From NCBI GenBank assembly GCA_963789955.1, contig CAWBMV010000001.1, forward strand, positions 1 to 64,000: a stretch of DNA of 64,000 nt, in the 5' to 3' direction. Of the stretch, positions 53,163-61,248 are shown piece after piece. The position numbers and the translations under genes are program-made. Source of the DNA: an uncultured Candidatus Rokubacteria bacterium. Its GTDB lineage: Bacteria > Methylomirabilota > Methylomirabilia > Rokubacteriales > CSP1-6. The notes beneath the pieces are model-generated. The model ran no database searches, was not told where the DNA came from, and was given only the letters and a program-made list of their open reading frames with translations. How positions within the stretch are numbered: the first letter of the stretch is position 1; the number at the start of each line of letters is the position of its first letter.

Positions 53163-53905
53163 TCGACACCGTCAGGAAGTGGATCGACGAGGCGGAGTGC
53201 CTCGTGGCGCTCACGGGTGCCGGGATCTCGACAGATTCCGGCATCCCTGACTTCCGAGGGCCCCAGGGGGTCTGGACGAAGAACCCCGAGGCCGAGAAGC
53301 AGTCCACCCTGCAGAACTACGTCGCGGATCCCGACGTGCGTAAGCGCGCGTGGCAGAGCCGGCTCACCTCGCCGGCCTGGAAGGCCGAGCCCAACGACGG
53401 CCACCGCGCCTTCGTCACGCTCGAGAAGCGCGGCAAGCTCGACACCCTGATCACCCAGAACATCGACGGCCTGCACGTCAAGGCGGGCTTGTCCCCCGCC
53501 CGCGTCATCGAGATCCACGGCACGATGCACGAGGTGGTGTGCCTGGCTTGCGGCGAGCGGGCGGCGATGGAGCGGGCGCTCGCCCGCGTGCGCGCCGGCG
53601 AGGACGACCCGCCGTGCCGGACGTGCGGCGGCATTCTCAAGTCGGCGACGATCTCGTTCGGCCAGGGGCTCGTACAGGATGACCTCGTGCGCGCCCAGCA
53701 CGCCGCCGCGAGCTGCGACCTGATGCTGGCGGTCGGCACGAAGCTGTCGGTCTATCCCATCGCCGGCGTCGTGCCGGTCGCCAAGCGCGCCGGCGCGCGT
53801 GTCGTGATCCTCAACGCAGAGCCGACCGAAATGGACGAGCTGGCCGACGCCGTGCTTCGTGGCTCGATCTCGAGCCTCCTGCCTCGTCTGGTGGAGAGCG
53901 CCTGA
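53159..53905 (+). CDS. cobB: NAD-dependent deacylase (sirtuin, CobB-like)
   Basis: TGAGISTDSGIPDFRG, TQNIDGLH, HG and two CxxC motifs; probable CTG start after AAGGAG. Confidence 0.88.
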   Translation: MIDTVRKWIDEAECLVALTGAGISTDSGIPDFRGPQGVWTKNPEAEKQSTLQNYVADPDVRKRAWQSRLTSPAWKAEPNDGHRAFVTLEKRGKLDTLITQNIDGLHVKAGLSPARVIEIHGTMHEVVCLACGERAAMERALARVRAGEDDPPCRTCGGILKSATISFGQGLVQDDLVRAQHAAASCDLMLAVGTKLSVYPIAGVVPVAKRAGARVVILNAEPTEMDELADAVLRGSISSLLPRLVESA

Positions 53906-55845
53906 TGCCCGTGACCCGGTTCGACGTGAGACTTCGGCGTCCGCTGGCCGGCGGTGTGTCGTTCGGCGACGTCGGCCCCTACGAGGAGCTGAAAGGCACG
54001 CTTCGGTTCGCGATCGATCCCAAGAACGCCGCGAACGAGCGCATCACCGACGCCGCGCTGGCCCCGCGCGACCACGCGGGCCGCGTCGAGTTCGAGTCCG
54101 ACGTGTCGATCCTGCTGCCGGTCGACCCGCGGCGCTGCAGCGGTCGCGTCATGCTCGACGTGGTGAACCGGGGCAACACGGTCGCGGTCCCGAACTTCAA
54201 CCGCGCGACTCGTCCGACGTTCGTTCCGGGCGCCGATGCGGATCCTCCGGTCGATCCGGGCGACGGCTTCTTGATGCGACGTGGCTTCGTGGTGATCTCG
54301 TGCGGCTGGCAGATCGATCTGCCCGAGGTGCCCGGGCTTCTCGGCCTGCGCGGACCCGAAGCGCTCGACCCGAGCGGCAATCGCATCACCGGCCGCGTCT
54401 ACACCCAGCTCCAGACGCCGGCGCCGGCCACGCACCTCCTGCTCTCGGATCGCGGCCACCGCGCCTATCCGGCCGCCGATCTCGACGAGCGCGGCGCGGT
54501 GCTGCAGGTCCGCGACCAGCCCGACGGCGACGCGACCACGATCGAGCGCGGCCGCTGGCGCTTCGCCCGCGTCGCCGGCGGCGCGGTCGTGCCCGACGCG
54601 CGCTACGTCTGGCTCGAGGGCGGGTTCGAGAAGGGCCGCCTGTACCAGGTGGCCTATACGGCGGTCGGCGCGCCGGTCGTGGGGCTCGGCATCGCCGCGC
54701 TTCGCGACAGCGCCGCCTGGCTCAAGCATGGGACGGCGCACGAAGGAAACCCCGCGCCGGGCGTTCTGCGGTACGTGTACGCGTATGGCCGCTCGCAGAC
54801 CGGACGTCTGCTGCGCACGCTCGTCTACAACGATCTGAATCTCGACGAGCACGGCCGCGAAGCGCTCGACGGGATCATCGCGAACGTCGCCGGCGGTCTC
54901 CGCGGCGAGTTCAACCAGCGGTTCGGCCAGAACTCGAAGGACCGGCCGCACATGATGGACTACGTCCAGCCCGCCACCGACCAGGACCTGCACCGGCGGC
55001 TCGCGGCGCGCGCCAGCACCTTGAAGGTCTTCTACACGAACAGCTCGGCCGAATACCATCGCGGCGACGCCTCGCTCGCTCATACGAACGCCGAGGGGAC
55101 GCGCGATGTCCCGTCCGGTCCGTCGGCGCGCGTCTACCACTTTGCCGGGACCGAGCACGGTCTCGGCGTCTGGCCCCCGACGTCCGAGAAGATCGCCGCG
55201 GCCGATCCGTCCGAGCCGTCGGAGAACTCGCAGAACTTGAGAAATACGATCGACTACGCGCCGCTCCTGCGCGCGTGTCTCGTCAACATGGACCGCTGGG
55301 TCACCGAGGGGGTCGAGCCGCCGCCGAGCCGTCATCCGCGTCTCGCCGACGGGACCGCGGTGCCGTTCGAGGCGCTCCACGCGGTGTTCGATCGCATCCC
55401 CGGCGCCCACTATCCGCGCCACCACGCGCGACCGTGCCGGCTCGACTTCTCCGCGCTCCCGCCGCGGCCCGGCCCGGCGTGCGGCTCGCTCGTCTCGGCC
55501 GTCGACGCCGACGGCAACGAGACCGGCGGCATCGCGCTGCCGGAGGTCGCGGTGCCGCTCGGCGCCCACACCGGATGGACGCTCAGGCACGCGTCGATCG
55601 GCGGCGAGGCCCAGCGCCTGGTCTTCGCCGGCGCGACCATTCCGTTCGCCCGCACCCGTCGCGAGCGCGAAGCGAGCGGCGACCCGCGCCCGTCCATCGA
55701 GGAGCGCTATCGCTCGCGCGACGACTATCTCGAGCGCGTCCGCCGCGCCGGCCAGGCCCTCGTCGCGCAGCGCTTCATGCTCGACGAGGACGTCGAGCTG
55801 GCCGTCGGGCTCGCGGCGCGCGCGTGGGATCACTGGACCGCCTGA
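53905..55845 (+). CDS. alpha/beta-hydrolase-domain protein (tannase/3HB-oligomer-hydrolase-like, uncharacterised)
   Basis: G.SQTGR nucleophile motif, GTEH His, VDADGNE.GG and DPRPSIEERY motifs. Confidence 0.75.
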   Translation: MPVTRFDVRLRRPLAGGVSFGDVGPYEELKGTLRFAIDPKNAANERITDAALAPRDHAGRVEFESDVSILLPVDPRRCSGRVMLDVVNRGNTVAVPNFNRATRPTFVPGADADPPVDPGDGFLMRRGFVVISCGWQIDLPEVPGLLGLRGPEALDPSGNRITGRVYTQLQTPAPATHLLLSDRGHRAYPAADLDERGAVLQVRDQPDGDATTIERGRWRFARVAGGAVVPDARYVWLEGGFEKGRLYQVAYTAVGAPVVGLGIAALRDSAAWLKHGTAHEGNPAPGVLRYVYAYGRSQTGRLLRTLVYNDLNLDEHGREALDGIIANVAGGLRGEFNQRFGQNSKDRPHMMDYVQPATDQDLHRRLAARASTLKVFYTNSSAEYHRGDASLAHTNAEGTRDVPSGPSARVYHFAGTEHGLGVWPPTSEKIAAADPSEPSENSQNLRNTIDYAPLLRACLVNMDRWVTEGVEPPPSRHPRLADGTAVPFEALHAVFDRIPGAHYPRHHARPCRLDFSALPPRPGPACGSLVSAVDADGNETGGIALPEVAVPLGAHTGWTLRHASIGGEAQRLVFAGATIPFARTRREREASGDPRPSIEERYRSRDDYLERVRRAGQALVAQRFMLDEDVELAVGLAARAWDHWTA

Positions 55846-55899
55846 GCCGACGAGTCTGACCGGACGCCTCCGCGGCGTCCCTCCCTGCGGAGGAGCGAC

Positions 55900-56499
55900 A
55901 TGTCGTTCATCAACGAGATTCCGCTCGAGCAAGCCACCGGCGCCGTGCGAGACGCGTACGAGAGCGATCTGAAGGCGCTCGGCTACATCGCGAATTACAC
56001 GAAGGTGTTCGCGCTTCGGCCCCAGGTCCGGGCCGCCTGGGGCAATCTGATCCAGGCCATCCGGTCGACGATGGACCAGCGGCGGTACGAGCTGATCACG
56101 CTCGCGGCCGCCTCGCAGCTCCGGTGTAGCTACTGAATGCTCGCGCACGGAGCCGTGCTGCTCCGCAGCGGGATCTTCACGAACGAGCAGGTGAACGCGA
56201 TCGCCCGCGACTACCGTCAGGCCGGGCTCCCACCGGCCGAGGTCGCGATGATGGCGTTCGCGGAGCAGGTCACGGCCCGTGCGAACACCGTGACCCGCGA
56301 GGACGTCGAAGGACTGCGCGGCCACGGATTCTCCGACACCGAGATCCTGGACATCGCGCTGACCGCCGCCGCGCGCTGCTTCTTCAGCAAGGTGCTCGAC
56401 GGCGTCGGTGCGGCCCCCGACGACGCCTACATGGCTCTCGACGAGCGCGTGCGTCAGACCCTGGCGAAGGGCCGTCCGTTCACCGGCAGCGCCACCTGA
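55900..56499 (+). CDS. AhpD/carboxymuconolactone decarboxylase-like peroxidase with in-frame TGA (probable selenocysteine, CSYU)
   Basis: ORFs 55900-56136 and 56137-56499 are contiguous in one frame; TGA 56134-56136 falls in ELITLAAASQLRCSY*MLAHG, the E..C..C..H motif. Confidence 0.85.
56143..56161 (+). promoter_or_regulatory. candidate bacterial SECIS hairpin
   Basis: GC-GCACG-GAGC-CGTGC-(U bulge)-GC just 3' of the in-frame TGA; the loop starts with G. Confidence 0.5.
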
Positions 56500-56530
56500 C
56501 CGAGCGATACGACAGAGAAAGGACACGACC

Positions 56531-56941
56531 ATGACGGTGACCCGCAAGAACATCCAGCCGGACGCGCTCGCGGCGCCGGTCCGAAACGGCCACACCTTGT
56601 ACTCCCACGTCGTCGCGGTCGAGGGCCGGCGCCTCGTCTTCGTCGCCGGCCAGCTCGCGCGAGACCGGGCCGGTAACGTCGTGGGCAAAGGCGACATGCG
56701 CGCCCAGATTCGTCAGGTCGGCGAGAACATCAAGGCGGCGCTGACGACCGCGGGCGCGACGCTCGGCGACATCGTGAAGACCAATACCTACGTGACCGAT
56801 ATGGACGAGTACTTCAAGCACGTCGATGTCCGCATGGAGTATTTCGGGCCGGCGCTTCCGACCAGCACCACCGTCGAGGTGCGACGGCTGGCCCATCCCG
56901 ACTTTCTGGTCGAAGTCGAGGTGGTCGCGATGCTCGGCTAG
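56531..56941 (+). CDS. RidA/YjgF/UK114 family protein
   Basis: YSHVV, VFVAGQ, PTSTTVEV..L and LVEVE motifs. Confidence 0.9.
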   Translation: MTVTRKNIQPDALAAPVRNGHTLYSHVVAVEGRRLVFVAGQLARDRAGNVVGKGDMRAQIRQVGENIKAALTTAGATLGDIVKTNTYVTDMDEYFKHVDVRMEYFGPALPTSTTVEVRRLAHPDFLVEVEVVAMLG

Positions 56942-56959
56942 CGCGACTGCGGCGGCGCT

Positions 56960-57592
56960 TCAGGGCTGCAGACGTGTCGAGCGCCAGGCGCCACCGCTGA
57001 AACCGTCGCCTTGCGGCGTCAGCGCGCGCGACCACCGCGCTCGATCGTGGGCGCGCGCCGGCTGGCCTACCCAGAGCTCGACGCGCTCGGCCCACACGCG
57101 ATAGCCGCCCCAGCGCTTGGGGCGCGGAATGTCGTCTCCGCTGCGCTTGGCCTCCTGCTCGACCTTCGCGAGAAATGCCGCGCGTGATTCGATCGGCCGG
57201 CTCTGGTTGCTCGCGGCGGCCGCCACACGCGCATCGCGCGGTCGCGAATTCCAGTAGGCGTCGGAGTCCGAGTCGGGCGCGAAGGTGACGGGCCCCTCGA
57301 CGCGCGCCTGCCGCTCGTGGGCATCCCAGTTGAAGACCAGCGCCGCGTAGGGGTTGACGTCGAGCGCCTTGCCCTTGGCGCTCTCGCGGTCGGTGTAAAA
57401 GACGATCCAGCCCGCGCGGACGTCGATGCCGCGACAGATCACCATGCGCGCCGTGGGACGACCTTCGGGATCGACGGTCGCCAGTGTCATCGCGTGCGCA
57501 TTCCGGATGTCGGCGAAGGCGTCCTTCAGCCAGCCATCGAGGAGCGGCATCGGATCCGGCGGAAGCTCGACGGGCAGAGCGGGCTTGGGAAT
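56960..57592 (-). CDS. pdxH: pyridoxamine 5'-phosphate oxidase
   Basis: AMTLAT, R.V, S.K, RQAR.EG, SNQS, WGGYR, R.HDR and RLQP motifs; start probably ATT 57592 (first ATG at 57550). Confidence 0.9.
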   Translation of the reverse strand: MPKPALPVELPPDPMPLLDGWLKDAFADIRNAHAMTLATVDPEGRPTARMVICRGIDVRAGWIVFYTDRESAKGKALDVNPYAALVFNWDAHERQARVEGPVTFAPDSDSDAYWNSRPRDARVAAAASNQSRPIESRAAFLAKVEQEAKRSGDDIPRPKRWGGYRVWAERVELWVGQPARAHDRARWSRALTPQGDGFSGGAWRSTRLQP

Positions 57593-57620
57593 GCCAGGCC
57601 TCCTGGGCGGATACCCTACT

Positions 57621-58035
57621 TCATTGGCCTGGGGGCCGCTGCCGATTCACCAGGGTGGCGACGACGTGAACGATGTCCGTCGGGTCGATTGGCTTTCGCA
57701 GGAACACGTTGAACCCCGCAGCGCGCGCCTCGCGCACCCCGAAGCGTTCCGAGAAGAACGTCACGGCAATCGCCGGGACGTCGTGACCCCGTCGCGCGCG
57801 CTCGCACCCATCGGATGAACTCGAGCCCGTTCTCGCCGGGCAACCCGAGGTCGCACACGATGATGTCGACGTCCGTGGCGCCCAGGAGTTCGCGGGCCTC
57901 CGGGGCGGAACCGGCGGCGAGCACGAGAGCGCCGAAGGGCTCGAGGGCGGCGATGAGAAGCTGTACCGAATCGTGGTGGTCGTCGACCACCAGGGCGGTG
58001 ATTCCGGAGAGAGCTGGTCGCTCCACGGCGCTCAT
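57621..58035 (-). CDS. single-domain response regulator (frameshift near 57785)
   Basis: LVVDD, CDLGLPGENG, then VPAIAVT..GF..FLRKP in the shifted frame. Confidence 0.8.
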
Positions 58036-58173
58036 GAATCCGTTCGCCTCACTGTGTCGTCGGCTGGTTCACGTCATGGCACGCCACGCGGGATCCAACG
58101 AGCGATGAAGGCCGACGAACAGCGGCTCGGCGGAATGCGGGGCGGCTCGGCTAGCTACCGAGCGACGCGAAGG

Positions 58174-58488
58174 TCAGTGGTCGTCGGAGGATTCGGGAGC
58201 GGGCGGCGGCGAGACCGCGACATACGCGCGCGGCGCGTAGCGGTCGAGGCGGGCGCGGGGCGGCGCGGCCGCGATCATGCGGCGCGCGATCGGCTCGAGG
58301 ACTTCGCGAACCGGGAGTAGGGCGCGCATCACCGGCGAGGCCGGCACCGGCATGGCCGGCCTCGCCTCGGTGCTCTCGACGAAGAACGAATCGGCGTTGT
58401 CGAACGAGAAGACGCCGGGCACGAGAGGATCGCAATAGTCCGCGGTCAGGTACAGCTGGACCGCCAGGACCAGGATCCTCTAGAGCAA
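58174..58488 (-). pseudogene. small hypothetical protein with an early in-frame TAG (or a sequencing error)
   Basis: TTG-CTC-TAG-AGG.. reads ML*RILVLAVQLYLTADYCDPLVPGVFSFD...; hydrophobic N-terminus and Pro/Arg-rich tail. Confidence 0.45.
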
Positions 58489-58490
58489 GC

Positions 58491-59579
58491 TCAGTAGCCG
58501 TCCTCGTCCAGGAGCGGAAACGCGCTGGTCACGTGCGCGGGACGGACCGGCGACGCCGGGTGCAGATAGGACGAGTCGAGCGCCGAGAGCCGGTTGACCC
58601 CGAGAAGACCGAGGCAGATCCGGATCTCTTCTTCCAGGAGCTCGAAGACCCGGACGAGACCGGCCTGCCCGGCGGCGGCGAGCCCGCAGCAGGAAAGGCG
58701 GCCCAGCCCCACCGCCTGCGCGCCGAGCGCGATCGCCTTGACGACGTCGGTGCCTCGCATGAACGCGCCGTCGACGATGACCGTCGCGCGTCCGTTCACG
58801 GCCGCGACCACCTCGGGCAGCACGTCGGTGCTGCCGCGCCCGTGATCGAGCTGGCGACCGCCGTGGTTGGACACGTAGACGCCGTCGACGCCGTGATCGC
58901 ACGCGAGGGCCGCGTCTTCCGCGGTGGCGATGCCCTTGAGGATCAGCGGGATGTTGTGGAGGTCCTTGAACCGCTTCACGTGGTCCCAGTTGAGCGCGGC
59001 CTGAAACTCCTGGCCGGTGGCGCGCGCGCGCCAGGGCTTGACGAAGCGCCGGGCCAGATCGCGCTCGCGCCGACTGTACGTGGCCGTGTCGACCGTGAGG
59101 CAGAACGCGGCGTAGCCGTTGTCCTGCGCGCGCTTCACGTGCTCGTCGACCCACGCGTCGTCGCCCCGGACGTAGAGCTGGAAGATGCGGAAGTTGTCGG
59201 CCGCGGCGGCGACCGCCTCGAGCCCGGGGTTGCAGACCGAGCTCAGCATCTGCGGCACCTCGAATTCGGCGGAGGCCTTGGCGGCGGTGGCGCCGCCGCC
59301 GGGCTCGAAGCTCTCGACCGAGCCGACCGGGGCGATCATGACGGGGATCCGCACCTTGCGGCCGAACAACGTCGACGTGCTGTCGATCTTGGAGACGTTG
59401 CGCAGCACGCGCGGCCGGAAGGCGATCGAGTCGAGAGCCTGCCGATTGCGCCGCAAGGTGGTCTCGGTCTCGGTGCCGCCCGCGAGGTAATCCCACGGTC
59501 CCGGCGCCAGCGCGAGCTTCGCGGCACGCACGATCTCGTGAAGGGTCTGGAACCGGCTCTCGAGGTTTGAGGGTGACAT
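58491..59579 (-). CDS. FMN-dependent alpha-hydroxy-acid oxidase (LldD/glycolate oxidase family)
   Basis: FRPRVLR, FQLY, ILKGI, SNHGGRQLD and DG..RGTD motifs. Confidence 0.93.
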   Translation of the reverse strand: MSPSNLESRFQTLHEIVRAAKLALAPGPWDYLAGGTETETTLRRNRQALDSIAFRPRVLRNVSKIDSTSTLFGRKVRIPVMIAPVGSVESFEPGGGATAAKASAEFEVPQMLSSVCNPGLEAVAAAADNFRIFQLYVRGDDAWVDEHVKRAQDNGYAAFCLTVDTATYSRRERDLARRFVKPWRARATGQEFQAALNWDHVKRFKDLHNIPLILKGIATAEDAALACDHGVDGVYVSNHGGRQLDHGRGSTDVLPEVVAAVNGRATVIVDGAFMRGTDVVKAIALGAQAVGLGRLSCCGLAAAGQAGLVRVFELLEEEIRICLGLLGVNRLSALDSSYLHPASPVRPAHVTSAFPLLDEDGY

Positions 59580-59603
59580 GCGCGTCGGTCTCCTGTCGCT
59601 CTC

Positions 59604-60992
59604 CTACAGCGAGGGGTGGCGTTTGTGCCAGTCGGTGGCCTGCTCGTAGGTGTGGCCCACGCGCAGCACGGTGGTCTCGTCGAACGCGCGTCCGGTGATC
59701 TGGATCGAGATCGGCAGCCCCTCCGCGGTGAAGCCGGACGGCACCGCCAGCGAGGGGAGTCCGGTCATGTTGAACGGTCCGGTGTTGCCGCGCGGGAATC
59801 CGTACTCGGGATCGTAGACCGCGGTGAACGTCGGCGCCGGCTTCGGGCTGGTCGGCGTCGCGAGCACGTCCACGCGCCGGAGCACGGCGTTCATGTCGGC
59901 CTGCAGGCGCGTACGAAGACGCTGCGCCTGCACGTACTCCGAGCCCGTGATGAGACCGCCCGCGAGCAGACGCTCGCGCAGCATCTCGCCGAACAGCTCG
60001 GGATGCTCGCGCAGGTCGCGCTCGTGATAGGCGAACGCCTCGGTGAGCATGATCGCCATGAAGGCGCCGGCCGACTGGATGCTCGGGATCTGGACGTCCT
60101 CGACGGAGGCGCCGAGCTGACGCAACGTCGCGAGCGCCTGCTCGAAGGCTTTCTCGACCTCGGGGTCGACGCCCTCGAAGAAGTACTCGCGCGGCACGCC
60201 GACGCGCAGCCCGCGGACGCCGCGGCCGAGCGGCGCCACGTAGTCGGGGACGGGCTCGCGACTCGACGCGGCATCCGTCGCGTCGTAGCCGGCGAGCGCC
60301 TGCAGCAAGTACGCGCAGTCCTCGACCGTCCGCGCCATCGGGCCCGTGTGGTCGAGCGTCCACGAGAGCGTCAACACGCCGCTTCGACTGCAGCGACCGT
60401 AGGTCGGCTTGAGCCCGGCGATGCCGCAGAGCGACGCCGGCCCGCGAATCGAGCCGCCGGTGTCCGAGCCGAGCGCGCCGAACGCCATACCGGCCGCGAG
60501 GGCGGCCCCCGAGCCGCTCGACGATCCGCCGGGCATGCGCTGGAGGTCCCACGGATTGCGCGCGGCGAGATAGCGGTGCCCCGGGAACTGGATGCCGAAG
60601 GCGAACTCGTGCGTGATGAGCTTGCCCAGCATGACCGCGCCGGCGCGCTGAAGCCGCGCCACGCAGGTCGAGTCCTCGTCGGGAATCCAGTTCGCGAGCA
60701 GCGCCGAGCCGCCCGTGGTGAGGATGCCGCGCGTCGCGTAGATGTCCTTGTAGCCGAGCGGGATGCCCAGCAGCGGGCTCGAGATATCGCCGCGGCCGAG
60801 CGCGGTCTCGGCGGCCTTGGCGTCGGCCAGCGCCCGGTCGGCGGTCACGGTCACGAACGCGTGGAGCTTGGGATCGAGCTGCTCGATCCGCTCGAGGTGC
60901 GCGCGCGTCAGCTCGACCGGCGAGATCGCGCGGCGCCGGAGACGCGAGCCGATGTCGCGAATCGTCGCGTAGAAGAGCTCCTCACTGGCCAT
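59604..60992 (-). CDS. amidase-signature enzyme (GatA/AtzE-like)
   Basis: KD, PGGSSSGS and GSDTGGSIR motifs (Ser-cisSer-Lys triad). Confidence 0.93.
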   Translation of the reverse strand: MASEELFYATIRDIGSRLRRRAISPVELTRAHLERIEQLDPKLHAFVTVTADRALADAKAAETALGRGDISSPLLGIPLGYKDIYATRGILTTGGSALLANWIPDEDSTCVARLQRAGAVMLGKLITHEFAFGIQFPGHRYLAARNPWDLQRMPGGSSSGSGAALAAGMAFGALGSDTGGSIRGPASLCGIAGLKPTYGRCSRSGVLTLSWTLDHTGPMARTVEDCAYLLQALAGYDATDAASSREPVPDYVAPLGRGVRGLRVGVPREYFFEGVDPEVEKAFEQALATLRQLGASVEDVQIPSIQSAGAFMAIMLTEAFAYHERDLREHPELFGEMLRERLLAGGLITGSEYVQAQRLRTRLQADMNAVLRRVDVLATPTSPKPAPTFTAVYDPEYGFPRGNTGPFNMTGLPSLAVPSGFTAEGLPISIQITGRAFDETTVLRVGHTYEQATDWHKRHPSL

Positions 60993-61176
60993 GATCGCCT
61001 CGCGAGCGCACGGTATCGAACGTGACGGCGGGCTCGAGGGTGCGGTGCGCCCGCGAGTCCATCGCATGGATCGGCCGGAGCGCGTCGGTCAGGAGCCGGC
61101 GCACGACCTCGAGCCGGTTCTCGGCGATCTCGACTCGGGCCGCTTTCATGCGGTCGCGAAGCTCTTCCAGGGTCAT
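60982..61176 (-). CDS. small GatC/AtzG-like amidase partner subunit
   Basis: 64 aa, helical, C-terminal LEPAVTF; overlaps the amidase start; SD GGAGG. Confidence 0.7.
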   Translation of the reverse strand: MTLEELRDRMKAARVEIAENRLEVVRRLLTDALRPIHAMDSRAHRTLEPAVTFDTVRSRGDHGQ

Positions 61177-61219
61177 AGCCATCCTCCCGTGTGGGAGAAT
61201 ACCGCGACCTCGGTGCCAA

Positions 61220-61247
61220 GGGGAGGGGCGATTGGGGAGGGGCGATT
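61220..61247 (+). repeat. 14-bp tandem duplication GGGGAGGGGCGATT x2 covering the RBS
   Basis: Exact direct repeat at 61220-61233 and 61234-61247. Confidence 0.9.
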
Positions 61248-61248
61248 G

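Noticed and set aside
53159..53905. Sirtuin as an anti-phage SIR2 effector
   Set aside because: It is a canonical Zn-binding CobB-like deacylase in a metabolic context with no defence partners nearby.
57550..57800. Possible REC-PdxH fusion
   Set aside because: The REC C-terminal frame stops at TGA 57621-57623, and pdxH has its own SD.
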